Below are positions 34,061 to 45,190 of a DNA stretch of 64,000 bases, in pieces. Where the stretch lies: positions 48,173 through 112,172 of the forward strand of contig CAVRSH010000045.1 in NCBI GenBank assembly GCA_963723815.1. The letters are read 5' to 3'. Both the position numbers and the translations under genes were made by a program. The notes under the pieces are model-generated. The model ran no database searches, was not told the DNA's origin, and worked only from the letters and a program-made list of their open reading frames with translations. Numbering within the stretch: the stretch's first letter is position 1; each line of letters starts with the position of its first letter. The DNA comes from an uncultured Actinomycetota bacterium (GTDB lineage: Bacteria > Actinomycetota > Actinomycetes > Propionibacteriales > Propionibacteriaceae).

Positions 34061-34105
34061 GAAAGGTCCTTTCATCGCGGCTATCACCGAGCTTAGGCTG
34101 GCGCG

Positions 34106-34726
34106 GTGGCCGAGCAGCAGATCACCTCCGTCGAACAACTCGTCGCCCTCATCGGATCGCCGACCGCAGCCGTGGCCAACAAGGACCGTGCGACCCTTCA
34201 TGATCTTGATCGGCAGTGGCTGGCCAACTCCCCGTTCTGCTTGATCGCGACGGCCGACGAGACTGGCGCCTGCGATGTCTCACCGAAAGGCGATCCAGCG
34301 GGGCAGCTCGCCTACGTCGTCGACGACACCACCATCGCCATCGCCGAGCGGCCGGGCAACCGGAGGGCCGACGGGTACCGGAACATCCTCGTCAATCCTC
34401 ATGTCGGGCTGCTGTTCATGATTCCCGGGCGCGGCGACACGCTCCGGATCAACGGCCGGGCCCGGCTGGTGTCCGACGCCCCGTTCTTCGACGCGATGAT
34501 CGTCAAGGGGCATCGACCGATCCTGGCCGTGGTCGTCGAGGTCGAGCAGATCTTCCATCACTGCGCCAAGGCCTTCCTCCGGTCTCAGCTGTGGCAACCG
34601 GAAACGTGGCATGACCAGGTGCCGAAGCGGCCGGTCATCGCTCACACGCTGGAGCGTCCCGAGGAGACCCTCGAGGATCTCGAGCGCCACTACGGACCCG
34701 CGTACGCCGAGAAGCTCTACGGCTGA
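34106..34726 (+). CDS. PPOX-type FMN-binding protein (MSMEG_1061-like)
   Basis: SPFCLIAT, CDVSPKGDP, ERPGNRRADG, DTLRINGRA, HCAKAFLRS. Confidence 0.88.
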   Translation: MAEQQITSVEQLVALIGSPTAAVANKDRATLHDLDRQWLANSPFCLIATADETGACDVSPKGDPAGQLAYVVDDTTIAIAERPGNRRADGYRNILVNPHVGLLFMIPGRGDTLRINGRARLVSDAPFFDAMIVKGHRPILAVVVEVEQIFHHCAKAFLRSQLWQPETWHDQVPKRPVIAHTLERPEETLEDLERHYGPAYAEKLYG

Positions 34727-35406
34727 CCCGACCAGCGGTACTCGACCTCGGGACGACCGGTCCCGCCGTACCGGCTCTCCCTGGTCGCCGAGCCGCTGTC
34801 GGCCAGGTGCTCCAGGTAGCGGCGAGCGGTCACCCGGGAGGCACCGATGACGGCCGCCACCTGGGACGCGGTCACCGGATCATCTCCCTCTCGGAGCGTC
34901 TTGGTGACCAGGGCCAGGGTGCTGCGGGTCAGTCCCTTCGGCAGCGGTTGCCCCTGCGCCCGCGGACGTAGCGCGGCGAGCATCGCGTCCACGTCGCCCT
35001 GGTCCACGAGCTCGTGCTGCGCGGCGAGCCGCCGCCGGTAGGCCGCATAGTCGTCGAGCTTGACCCGGAAGCCGGCGAAGGTGAAGGGCTTGATCAGGTA
35101 CGCGACCACCCCTTGCGCCACGGCGTGCTTGACCACGTCCAGATCGCGCGCCGAGGTCACCGCAATCACATCGCACGCGTGTCCCGCGGCGCGGAGATGC
35201 CGGAGCAGCCCGAGCCCGTGGCCGTCCGGCAAGTGCATGTCGAGCAGGATCAGATCGACGGAATCGTCCGCGGCGAGAAAGTCAGCGGCCGCACGGGCCG
35301 TACGCGCCACTCCGGCGATCTCGAAGTCGGGCACTCGATCGACATACGCAGCATGGGCCTCGGAGGCGACCTCCTCGTCCTCGACCACCAGCACCCGGAA
35401 CGTCAT
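34717..35406 (-). CDS. CitB/DcuR-family response regulator
   Basis: LILLDMHLPDGHGL, YLIKPF, SRVTARRYLEHL, GRPEVEY. Confidence 0.92.
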   Translation of the reverse strand: MTFRVLVVEDEEVASEAHAAYVDRVPDFEIAGVARTARAAADFLAADDSVDLILLDMHLPDGHGLGLLRHLRAAGHACDVIAVTSARDLDVVKHAVAQGVVAYLIKPFTFAGFRVKLDDYAAYRRRLAAQHELVDQGDVDAMLAALRPRAQGQPLPKGLTRSTLALVTKTLREGDDPVTASQVAAVIGASRVTARRYLEHLADSGSATRESRYGGTGRPEVEYRWSGQP

Positions 35407-37004
35407 GCCGGCTCCCGGGGCGCGGGCGTGTCGATGTCGATCGTGAAGGACGCCCCGCCGAGATCACTGGTGCCGACCTCGATCCGGCCGGAGTGCCGCC
35501 GGACCAACTGCACGACCAGGGCCAGCCCGATACCGCGGCCGAAGCGCGCGTTGTCGGCGGTCTTGGTCGACCAGCCGCGACGGAACGCGAGCTCGCGTTG
35601 ATCTTGATTCAGGCCCGGGCCGCTGTCGTCGACCTGCAGCCGGAACGAATCCTCGTCGATCCGCAGTTCGACCGCGACCTGCCGCGGACGCGCGCACTCG
35701 CCGGTCGCATCGATGGCATTGTCGATCAAGTTGCCAAGCATCGTCACCGCATCGTGCGGATCGATCCGCATGCCTCGAAGATACGAGTCCGGCCGGATCT
35801 GCAGTTGCACACCACGCTCCGAAGCGTCGGCCATCTTGCCGAGCAGCAACGCGACGATCACCGGGTGGTCGACCGAGCTGACCACCTGGTCGGTCAGCAA
35901 CTGAGCGACCTGGAGCTCCTTGGTGGCGAACGCCACGGCGTCGTCGGGCCGGCCGATCTCGATCAGCGAGACCACCGTATGCAGTCGGTTGGCGGCCTCG
36001 TGATTCTGCGACCGCAACGAGTCAGCGAGGCTGCGGACGGTGTCCAGTTCGCCGGACAGAGCCTGGATCTCGGTGTGGTCCCGGAAGGTGATCACCGACC
36101 CGAGATCATGATCATCCCGGCCCGCCGCCCGGCGGTTGAACACCAGCATCCGGGCGTTGACCAGATGGATCTCGTCAGTCATCGGCTCACTGCCCACCAG
36201 CGCGGACACCAGGCTCTCCGGCAGCCCGACTGCGTCGATCGGTGAGCCGGTGACCTCGGGCTCGACACCGAGCAACCGTGCCGCTTCACTGTTGATCAGC
36301 TGAATCCGCCCGGACCGGTCGAGCAGGATCAGGCCCTCGCGCACCGAACGCAACACCGTGTCGTAGTACTCGTACATCCTGGTGATCTCACGCTCGCCCA
36401 TGCCGTGCGTCTGCCGGCGGAGCCGCCGATTGATCAGCAGTGCGCCGAGCAGCCCGATTCCCAGCACGGCCACCGCCGCCACCGCCAGCTGGGGGAGAGT
36501 GCCTAACAGGGCGGTGTTGATCTTCTGCACGGTCACGCCCACCGAGACCAGGGCGACGATGCTGCCGTCGCGCATGACCGGCACCACCGCACGGATCGAT
36601 GGACCCAGAGTGCCGGCGTACCGCTCGGTCTGTGCCTCACCCTGCTGCGCCCGGTCGATCGAGCCGAGGAAGGCCTTCCCGATATTGGCTGGATCGGGGT
36701 GGGTCCAGCGGATCCCGTCGCGGTTCATGATCACCACGAAGTCGGTGCCGGTATCGACCCGAACGCTCTCGGCGTACGGCTGCAGGTCAGCGGACGGATC
36801 CGCCTTGCGGACGGCCTCGTCGATCACAGGCGATTCGGCCACCGTGAGGGCCACCGCGAGCACCCGATCCGTCGCGGCCCGGTCGGCGTCCCGACGGGCG
36901 TCCGTGTAGGCGAGTGCGAGGCTGCCGAGGACCACGACGACCAGCACGATCAGCTGCAGCGCCAGGATCTGACGCGCCACCGATCGACCGCCGCGCAGGC
37001 TCAT
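35403..37004 (-). CDS. CitA/DcuS-family sensor histidine kinase
   Basis: sCache segment (RWTHPDP...GTLGPSIRAVVP), PAS, LRSQNHEAANRLH, GNLIDNA, GRGIGL. Confidence 0.92.
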   Translation of the reverse strand: MSLRGGRSVARQILALQLIVLVVVVLGSLALAYTDARRDADRAATDRVLAVALTVAESPVIDEAVRKADPSADLQPYAESVRVDTGTDFVVIMNRDGIRWTHPDPANIGKAFLGSIDRAQQGEAQTERYAGTLGPSIRAVVPVMRDGSIVALVSVGVTVQKINTALLGTLPQLAVAAVAVLGIGLLGALLINRRLRRQTHGMGEREITRMYEYYDTVLRSVREGLILLDRSGRIQLINSEAARLLGVEPEVTGSPIDAVGLPESLVSALVGSEPMTDEIHLVNARMLVFNRRAAGRDDHDLGSVITFRDHTEIQALSGELDTVRSLADSLRSQNHEAANRLHTVVSLIEIGRPDDAVAFATKELQVAQLLTDQVVSSVDHPVIVALLLGKMADASERGVQLQIRPDSYLRGMRIDPHDAVTMLGNLIDNAIDATGECARPRQVAVELRIDEDSFRLQVDDSGPGLNQDQRELAFRRGWSTKTADNARFGRGIGLALVVQLVRRHSGRIEVGTSDLGGASFTIDIDTPAPREPA

Positions 37005-37129
37005 ATGCCTGAGTCTGCCCGCTCCGCTCCTGCGGTCAACCGACCCATGAACTTAACGACCAAAAGCTGACACGAGGGGACGGCACGGCAAGCTGTGACT
37101 ATCCGCCCGTTCTCGAAGAGGAGACCTCG

Positions 37130-38506
37130 ATGGCCAACGCCTCACCGCCGACCGCAGCGCAGCCGGTCGAAGAGCCCAAGAAGGATCGCACCCACTACCT
37201 CTACGTCGCCGTCATCGTCGCGGTGGCGCTCGGGATCGCGGTGGGCTTCATCGCTCCCGAGTTCGCCAAGCAGCTCAAGCCGATCGGGACCGGCTTCGTC
37301 AACCTGATCAAGATGATGATCTCCCCGGTCATCTTCTGCAGCATCGTGATCGGCGTCGGCTCGGTCCGCAGTGCCGCGCAGGTCGGCAAGGTCGGCAGCA
37401 TCGCCTTGATCTACTTCATCGTCATGTCGACGGTGGCACTGGCCATCGGCCTCGTCGTCGGCAACCTCATCCACCCGGGCGAGGGGCTGAATCTGGCCGC
37501 CGGCAAGGCTCCGGCGGCGGCGGAGAAGACCACGACCGCCGATTTCCTGCTGCACCTGATCCCGGACACGATGTTCTCCTCCCTGACCAGCGGAGTGGTC
37601 CTGCAGACGCTGCTGGTCGCGCTGCTCGTCGGCTTCGCCGTCCAGGCCATGGGCAAATCGGGTCGGCCCATTCTGGTCGGTGTCGGTCATCTGCAGCGGC
37701 TGGTCTTCCGCGTCCTGACGATGATCATGTGGGCGGCGCCGCTCGGTGCCTTCGGAGCCATGGCGGCGGTCGTGGGTGAGACGGGTGTGGGTGCGCTCAA
37801 GGCACTGGGCGTGCTCATGATCGCCTTCTATCTCACCTGCGCCATCTTCGTCCTCGGCATCCTGGGTCTGATGCTCAAGGTGGTCACCGGGATCAACATC
37901 TTCAAGCTGTTGAAGTATCTGGCCCGGGAATATCTGCTGATCGTCTCCACCTCGTCCTCGGAGTCGGCCCTGCCGCGGCTGATGGCCAAGATGGAGCATC
38001 TGGGCGTGGCCAAGCCAACGGTCGGCATCGTCGTTCCCACCGGCTACTCGTTCAACCTGGACGGCACGGCGATCTACCTCACCATGGCGTCACTGTTCAT
38101 CGCGTCCGCGATGGGTCAACCGTTCTCGGTTCCCCAGCAGATCTCCCTGTTGCTGTTCATGATGATCGCGTCGAAGGGTGCGGCCGGGGTCACCGGCGCC
38201 GGACTGGCCACCTTGGCCGGCGGACTGGCTTCGCACCGGCCCGACCTCGTGCAGGGCGTCGGCGTGATCGTCGGCATCGACCGCTTCATGTCAGAGGCCC
38301 GGGCCGTGACCAACTTCTCCGGCAACGCCGTGGCGACTCTGCTGGTCGGCACCTGGACCAAGTCGATCAACCGCGAACGGGTCGACGAGGTGTTCGCCGG
38401 CCACTTGCCGTTCGACGAGACCACCATGCTCGACCCGCACGACCTGGACGACGATCCCGACACGATCGACGAACCCTCGGGACCGGCCCCCGCCAAGGTC
38501 TCGTAA
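37130..38506 (+). CDS. dctA: C4-dicarboxylate:cation symporter
   Basis: FVNLIKMMISPVIF, STSSSESALP, PTGYSFNLDGT, GIDRFMSEARA; divergent from the Cit/Dcu two-component pair. Confidence 0.93.
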   Translation: MANASPPTAAQPVEEPKKDRTHYLYVAVIVAVALGIAVGFIAPEFAKQLKPIGTGFVNLIKMMISPVIFCSIVIGVGSVRSAAQVGKVGSIALIYFIVMSTVALAIGLVVGNLIHPGEGLNLAAGKAPAAAEKTTTADFLLHLIPDTMFSSLTSGVVLQTLLVALLVGFAVQAMGKSGRPILVGVGHLQRLVFRVLTMIMWAAPLGAFGAMAAVVGETGVGALKALGVLMIAFYLTCAIFVLGILGLMLKVVTGINIFKLLKYLAREYLLIVSTSSSESALPRLMAKMEHLGVAKPTVGIVVPTGYSFNLDGTAIYLTMASLFIASAMGQPFSVPQQISLLLFMMIASKGAAGVTGAGLATLAGGLASHRPDLVQGVGVIVGIDRFMSEARAVTNFSGNAVATLLVGTWTKSINRERVDEVFAGHLPFDETTMLDPHDLDDDPDTIDEPSGPAPAKVS

Positions 38507-38526
38507 CCTCTACCCCAACCCCAGAG

Positions 38527-38570
38527 TTGTCAGATCCTCAGCGCGCTATGGCGCGCTGAGGATCTGACAA
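38527..38570. terminator. Perfect 20-bp hairpin between convergent genes
   Basis: ttgtcagatcctcagcgcgc-tatg-gcgcgctgaggatctgacaa. Confidence 0.8.
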
Positions 38571-38579
38571 GTCGGTGGG

Positions 38580-39998
38580 TCAGGCCCGGGGGATCTCGTG
38601 GTTGGCGGCGAAGACGCCGTCAGGATCGACGGCCGATCGGATCGCCTTGAGTTGCTCCCAGGCCCGGCTGGGGAAGGCGGTGCTGGCGTCCAGCTCGCTC
38701 TCGACGAAGTTGAGGTACGCCGACCCGCTCGCCCATTCGACGAGGGACCCGGTCAGCGCCATCGCGTCCGCCTCGGCCGCCATGCCCATCTCGGGGGTCA
38801 GGGCCAGGCCACCGGCGAAGGCCAGGAACTGGCCGTAGAACTGCGACACCGCACCACCACCCGGATGCGGCCGGCCCAGCGCACCGCCGAGCTGGCGGAG
38901 TTCGGCCATCATCAGTGCGGTCCCGGGGGCGGTCGCCGCGGCGACGAACGACTCGATGGCGTCCTCGGGCAGGGCCGACAGCATGACCGTGTCCGAGGCG
39001 GCCGGGGTCCCTTCCTCCGGATCCATGTGCAGCCGGATCAGCGCGGCCGTCGGAACCGTCGCGAACGTGTCGATCTCCGGCTGCAGCGCGCGGAGGGGCT
39101 CGATGATCTCCGCGGAAGTCGCGTCGTCGGCCAGCACCGCCCCGTCGATCACCACCACGGACCGGCCGCGGAGGAAGTCCGGCAGCTCGGGCAGCGGGGG
39201 CAGGTTCAGGATTCGGAACGACGTGGTGACCTCATCCGGAGCGGCGATCGACCACGACGCCCAGCGCTGCAGCACCTCGCGGGCCCGGCCGGCGTCCCAG
39301 ATCATCATTCCGGCGTACGCGGTGTTGAAGTCGAACAGGTCGAACTCGAGGGCGGTCACCACGCCGAAGTTGCCGCCGCCGCCCCGCAGCGCCCAGAAGA
39401 GCTCGGCGTGGTGCTCGGCATCGGCGCGGACCAAGGTGCCGTCCGCGACGACGATCTCGACCGCGGTCAGGTGATTGGCGGCCAGACCGAACTTGCGGGC
39501 GTACCAGCCGGTGCCGCCGCCGAGCGAGTAGCCGGCGATACCGACGTTCGGCGACGAGCCGTGCAGGGTGGAGAGGCCCTCGGCCGCGGCCGCGTTGACC
39601 GCAGCCTCCCATTCGACGCCGCCGCCGACCCGGCAGGTGAGGGTGGCGCGGTCGACCGACACCTCGGTCAGGGCTGAGGTGCGGACCAGCACGACATCGG
39701 CCATCCCACGGGCGGCCAGCGGTGCGGAGTTGTGCCCGGTGCTCTGCGGGGCCACTCGGAGACCGACGGCGGCGGCGGCCCGGACGACCGCGGAGACCTC
39801 GGCGGCGTTCCGCGGCACAGCGACCGCGGCGGGCCGCTGGTCGGCCAGGTTCCACGGGATGCGGAACTCGTCGTAGCCCGGGTCGCCGGGCAGGTAGACG
39901 TTCCCTCCGCACAGGCCGCGCAGCGACTCGGCGGCGAGTGATCCGGTGAGCGCGGCCTCGGTGCCGGCGATCTCGGTGCTGGTGATGTCGATGGTCAT
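38580..39998 (-). CDS. FAD-binding oxidoreductase (FAD_binding_4/BBE type)
   Basis: RPAAVAVP, QSTGH, LFWALRGGGGNFGVVT, AYLNF, VDPDGVF. Confidence 0.92.
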   Translation of the reverse strand: MTIDITSTEIAGTEAALTGSLAAESLRGLCGGNVYLPGDPGYDEFRIPWNLADQRPAAVAVPRNAAEVSAVVRAAAAVGLRVAPQSTGHNSAPLAARGMADVVLVRTSALTEVSVDRATLTCRVGGGVEWEAAVNAAAAEGLSTLHGSSPNVGIAGYSLGGGTGWYARKFGLAANHLTAVEIVVADGTLVRADAEHHAELFWALRGGGGNFGVVTALEFDLFDFNTAYAGMMIWDAGRAREVLQRWASWSIAAPDEVTTSFRILNLPPLPELPDFLRGRSVVVIDGAVLADDATSAEIIEPLRALQPEIDTFATVPTAALIRLHMDPEEGTPAASDTVMLSALPEDAIESFVAAATAPGTALMMAELRQLGGALGRPHPGGGAVSQFYGQFLAFAGGLALTPEMGMAAEADAMALTGSLVEWASGSAYLNFVESELDASTAFPSRAWEQLKAIRSAVDPDGVFAANHEIPRA

Positions 39999-40050
39999 GT
40001 GAGGAACTCCTGGTTGGAAGTGGATTCGGTGAGATCAGGTTGCGGCCGGC

Positions 40051-40092
40051 CACTTGGGACCGGGTTGGCTCCGACTTGAGGTCGCACTTGGG
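40051..40092 (-). promoter_or_regulatory. Putative SARP-type direct repeats (about 11-bp period)
   Basis: (ac/gg)ttg(g/a) cores with TTG at 40054, 40065, 40076 and 40088. Confidence 0.5.
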
Positions 40093-40126
40093 CCCGCGAT
40101 ACCTCCGCTCCCATTACTCTGCTGAC

Positions 40127-43100
40127 GTGGAGGTCGCGGTCCTCGGTCCGGCGCAGGTTCACCGTGGTGCCGAACCGGTCGATCTCGGCACCCGCAAGCA
40201 GCGCGCGCTGCTGGCCGCGCTGGCCCTGTACGCGGGCCGCCCGGTGTCGGTGGACGCGATCGTCGACCTGCTCTGGGGTGACGAGGCGCCGCCGGCGGTC
40301 ACCGGCACGCTGCAGGCCTACGTCGCCGGCTTGCGCAAAGCGCTGGAGCCCGACCGCGCGCCCCGAACGCCGGCCAGCATCCTGGTCACCGTGGGCGCCG
40401 GCTACGCCCTGCGGGTGGCGCCCGACCAATTGGACGTCGGCCGGTTCAGCCGGGCGGTGACCAGCCAGCATCAGCGGCTGGCGCCGGTCGCCGGACTGGT
40501 GCCTGATTCCGGTCGCACCGGGCTGGACCATGATCAGCTGACCGAGGCGGTGGGCCGCGTTGGACGCCGCGCTCGAACTGTGGCGGGGTCGAGCCTGATC
40601 CTCGAGCTCGACGACGCCGTCGACGCCGGGCCGAGCGAACCCGGCTCGGCGAGTTGCAGCTGATCGGGCTGGAGGACCGCGCGCTCGCCCGGCTCTGGCT
40701 CGGGGAGCAGGCCACGGTCGCGGCCGAGCTGGAGTCGCTCACCGCGGTCTATCCGCTGCGGGAGCGGCTGTGGGGACTTCGAGCCCTCGCCCTGGCTCGA
40801 GCCGGTCGCCAGGCTGACGCGCTGGAGGTGCTGCGCACCGTACGGGAGCTGCTCGACGACGAGCTCGGACTGGAGCCGAGCAGTGAGTTACGGGCACTGC
40901 AGACCGCGGTGCTGAGGCAGGAGGCGGTGCTCGAGTGGACGGTCGCCGCCCCGCAGCCGACCGCTCGATCGACGCCCCGAACCCGTCCCCGCCGCCAGCC
41001 GTCCGCTCCCCGGGCGCCGGGTTGGCCGATGGTCGGGCGTGATGATCAACTGGCTGCCCTTGTTGCGCTGCTCGACGTCGCCGAGTCGGGTCAGCGAGCA
41101 TTGGCCAGCCTGGTGGGAGATCCCGGCATCGGTAAGTCCCGGCTGGCCGGCGAACTCTCGGCCATCGCCGAGGAGCGGGGGCTGCGAGTGGTCGTGGGTC
41201 GCTGTTCCCAGGACGACGGCGCGCCGCCGCTGTGGCCGTGGATCTCGGTGCTCGGCGAGCTCGATCATGATCTGCCGACGGCGCCAGACCAAGATCAGGT
41301 CTCCCAGTTCGCTGTCTGGGAAGGGATTGTGGCGACCATCCTGGAGACCTGCGATGACCAGCCGCTGCTGTTGATCTTGGACGATCTGCACTGGGCGGAC
41401 GTGTCGTCACTCCGGGTGCTGCGGCTGCTGATCGAGAATGATCGGCCCCGATCCCTGATGGTGCTCAGCACCTGGCGGTCGCATCCGCCGCCGACGGGTG
41501 CCCTGGCTGACGTGGCCGAGATGCTGGCTCGGGCGCACGCCGTACGGATCGAACTCACCGGTCTCAGCGCCGACCAGGCGGCCGACGTGGTGGAGCGGCT
41601 CGTGACCTCGAGACCGACGGGTGCCGAAGCCGACGCACTGCTGCAGCGGACCGACGGCAATCCGTTCTTCCTGGTCGAGTACGCGCGGCTGGCCGCTGAG
41701 CGCGGTGACCTCGGCCGCCTGCTGGCCGAGGCGAACCCGCCGACCGCGGTACACGACGTACTCACCCGCCGGCTGGCCAGGCTGCCGGACTCGACCCGTG
41801 CGCTGCTCCGGCTGGCCTCGGTGATCGGCCGGCAGTTCGATCTCGCCGTCCTCGCCGCGAGTTCGGGCCTCGACGAGGATCCGGTGCTCGACGGGCTGGA
41901 ACCGGCGCAGCAGGCCGGGCTGGTCCGCGAGGACGGCATCGACCGGTTCAGCTTCGCCCATGCACTCGTCCGGGACACGGCCTATACCGAGGTCTCGGAA
42001 TCGCGCCGCGCCCGGCTGCACGCCCAGGTCGCCCAGGCCATGACCGGGCGGCCGGGGCGGGAGAGCGAGCTGGCGCTGCACTGGCTCGCGGCCGGTCCCG
42101 GGTATGCGGATCGCGCCTGGCGTGCCGCGGTCGTCGCGGCCGCCCAAGCCCGTCGGGTGCACGCCCACGAGCGTTCGGTCGAGCTGCTCGAGGCCGCCCT
42201 GGCGGCCATGGACGGCGATCCCGGTGCCGGCCCGCGGGAGCGCTACGACCTGCTGATGGATCTGGCCGACGGCCACCGGTGGACCGGGATGTGGCCGCAG
42301 CTGATCGAGGTCGTGGGCCGCGCGATCGACCTTGCCGAGAGCCTCGGCGATCCTGGGGCTGGTGGCCGGCGCCGCGACTGCGCCGACGGTCGGCGCCATC
42401 TGGCAGTCGGCGCCGCCGGGGCAGGTCAACGAACGGGTGGTGGCCGCGTTACGGAGCTGCCTGGAGCGGCTGCCGGCCCAGGATGGGATGGATCGCTGCC
42501 GGGTGATGCTCAGTCTGGCCAACGAGCTCTACTACGGGGCGACGCTGGCCGAGCGGATGGCCCTGGTCGAGGAGGCCCTGGCCATGGCGCAACGACTCGG
42601 CGACAAGGCGTTGCTGCTGCACGGCAACCTGGTTGGCTTCGCGGCGTTGTGGGTGAGTGCCACGGCCGAGCAGCGGCTGGCCCGGGTCACCGAGGCGATG
42701 GCGCTGGCCCGCGAACTCGGGCACGAGCAGTCCTACGTGGTAGCCGCCACGATGCGCACCGTGGTCGAGGCCGAGCTCGGCCTGATCGAGCGGATGTGGC
42801 AGTCGTGGGACCACGCCATGGCCGAGGCGGAGCGGCTGCACCTTCCCTACGGGCAACTGGTGCTGGAGAGCCTGGCCCTTCCGTGGCTGGCGATGGCCGG
42901 CGACTTCGACGCCGCCGAGGCGGCGTTGGTCAGGATCATCGCGCTCGACAACCGGATGTCGCTCGAACACTCCGGCGACGCGACCGCGGGCGCGCTGATC
43001 GGGCTCCGGATGTGGCAGGGCCGCGGTGACGAGGTCACGCCGGTGCTGACCCAGATGGAGGGCGGTCCGATGCCCGTGACCGCGATCATCATCGTCATGC

Positions 43101-43471
43101 TGTTGCGCTCGGGCCGAGCGGAGGAGGCCGCCGCCCACTATGCGACCCATCCGATCAACGTCACGGCCGACGACTGGTTCTCCACCCTCAACTGGGGCAT
43201 GGCCGCCGAGGTGGCCCTGGTCATGGACGACCACCCGCTCGCGGCCGATGTCTACGCCCGACTCGCTCCCTACGCCGGTCACATCTGTGCGGCCGGTTCG
43301 AGCAACGCAGCCGGCCCGGTCGACGCCTTCTTGGCGCTGGCCGCGGCAGCCGTGGGGGAGCGGGCGCTGGCCACGACGCACGCCGACCGAGCCGACGAGT
43401 TGATGAAGCAGTGGCGGATCCCGGTCGCCGGGCAGTGGTTGCGCGGCTACCGGGACCGTTTCGGGTTCTAG
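40127..43471 (+). CDS. AfsR/SARP-family regulator (OmpR-type HTH, BTAD, AAA ATPase; frameshifted)
   Basis: LGTRKQRALLAAL, YPLRERLW...GRQADAL...ELGLEPS, GDPGIGKSRL, LDDLHWAD, TDGNPFF. Confidence 0.9.
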
Positions 43472-43484
43472 GCAGGAGGGGAGT

Positions 43485-43564
43485 CCCTGGAAATCGCACT
43501 CGATTCGCCCTGAAATCGCTGATTGAAACGGTCGAATCGCCTGATCGGGTGCAATTTCCAGGGA
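43485..43564. repeat. Imperfect long inverted repeat between convergent genes
   Basis: tccctggaaatcgcactcgat...atcgggtgcaatttccaggga. Confidence 0.6.
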
Positions 43565-43636
43565 TCAGTCGCGGCCACGGCGGGCACGGGCTCGGTTTCC
43601 GCTCCATTGAGCGGGCGACCGACCGCGATGACCGCT

Positions 43637-44362
43637 TCAGGCGGCGTATCGAAACGTCCGTCGCTCGGTGCGTTGATAGCTGCCGCGAAACAGCCGGTAG
43701 ACGACCCGATGCAGCAGCGGAGCCTCAGCCAGCCGTTGCTCGCGCACCGGCGTCGGCAGTTTGTCGAACATCCACGGAAGCATCTTCAGGATCAGCCTCG
43801 GCGGGATGGGCTGGCTCTTGAAGTACTCGTTCTCGACCTGCCGCCACTCCGCGTCGGTCATCACCCGCTGGATCAGGGTGATCGCGTCCGTCTCCTCGTG
43901 GGCCAGGTGCCGGGCCAGGCTCTCCCGGCCGGCCACCAGTCGCACCACCAAGGCGGCGCGGGCGTCGGCGTCCGGGCGTTCGGCCAGCCGGCTGAAACCG
44001 GCAGCGCAGGCCTGGAGGATCGGGTCGATCTGGCCGTGCTCAGCCTCCATCGCCTCAAGCAATGCTCGGCCCGCGCCGTCAGCCCGCGACATCAGCAGCG
44101 GCCAGAGTCCGGCGTCCTCGCCACTGTGGTGGTGGTGCAGAGCGGTGGCGAACAAGTCCCAGCGGGCCGCGAGGTCCCGCCAGGCCTTCCGGTCGTCGAG
44201 CGGGGTCGCCGGCGCCGCGGCGGCGAAAGCAGCCAGGTCACGCCGAAAGGCGTGATGCATCACGTACATCATGACCATGTCGACTGGTCCCTCCGGGGCG
44301 GCCGCCTGTCCGGGCAACAGAATCTGGGTCGGCCAGGCCCGGGTGGTCGGGGTTCTCGTCAT
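43637..44362 (-). CDS. Hemerythrin-domain protein
   Basis: MYVMHHAFRRDL, LHHHHSGED..LWP, MEAEHGQID, HLAHEE; GAGAGGA RBS. Confidence 0.88.
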   Translation of the reverse strand: MTRTPTTRAWPTQILLPGQAAAPEGPVDMVMMYVMHHAFRRDLAAFAAAAPATPLDDRKAWRDLAARWDLFATALHHHHSGEDAGLWPLLMSRADGAGRALLEAMEAEHGQIDPILQACAAGFSRLAERPDADARAALVVRLVAGRESLARHLAHEETDAITLIQRVMTDAEWRQVENEYFKSQPIPPRLILKMLPWMFDKLPTPVREQRLAEAPLLHRVVYRLFRGSYQRTERRTFRYAA

Positions 44363-44406
44363 CGAAGTCGTCCTCTCACATCGTCGGTGAGACCAGCATC
44401 GAAGAG

Positions 44407-44437
44407 GTGGCTTCGGTGCGACTTGGATGCGACTTGG
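44407..44437 (-). promoter_or_regulatory. Putative SARP-type direct repeats (11-bp period)
   Basis: Minus strand reads CCAAGTCGCAT CCAAGTCGCAC CGAAGCCAC. Confidence 0.55.
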
Positions 44438-44487
44438 GGTGCCGGAGATCGATCGGCAACGCCGGCGTCCCGGTAGGGTCAGCGATC

Positions 44488-45190
44488 GTGGCCCACCGTC
44501 CCCAGCCCGAGCAGCAGGCACCGCCGGTGCAGCGGTTGCGGGTGAAGTACGCCAAGCGTGGCCGGGCCCGGTTCACCAGCCATCGCGACTTCGGCCGGGC
44601 CTTCGAACGCGCGTTGCGACGGGCCGGTGTGCCGATGGCGTACTCGTCCGGCTTCTCGCCGCATCCCCGGATCTCGTACGCGAACGCTTCGCCGACCGGT
44701 GCGGCAAGCGAGGCTGAGTACCTCGAGATCGGGCTGGCCGAGAGGTGTGAACCCGAGCGGGTGCGGGCCGCCCTCGACGCCGCACTGCCGCCGGGCCTGG
44801 ACATCGTCGAGGTGGTCGGTGCGCCTCCGGGTGCGCTGGCCGATCTGCTGACCGGCTCGCGCTGGCACGTCGCACGTGGTCGGCGTGGACCCCGGCGTGC
44901 TGCAGCGTGCGGTTGCGGCCTTTCTGGCCGAGAACGCCGTGCCGGTGGAACGGATGACCAAGAACGGGATGCGCGGATTCGACGCGCGGGGAGCGGTCGT
45001 GTCGATCGAGACCGAACCGAGCGGGCTCGTTATGACCCTCGCCCACCAGGTGCCGCTGGTTCGACCGGACGACGTCCTGAGCGCCTTGCACGCGTTGACG
45101 CCGGAGTTCGATCCGGTCGAGATCCCGATTCTGACGCGCCTCACCCAGGGCCGGTTGGACCTCGAAACCGGCGACATCGCGGAGCCCTGA
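44488..45190 (+). CDS. TIGR03936-family radical SAM-associated protein (frameshift near 44875)
   Basis: RLRVKYAKRGRARFTSHRD, AYSSGFSPHPRISYA, SEAEYLEI, VRPDDVL. Confidence 0.9.
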
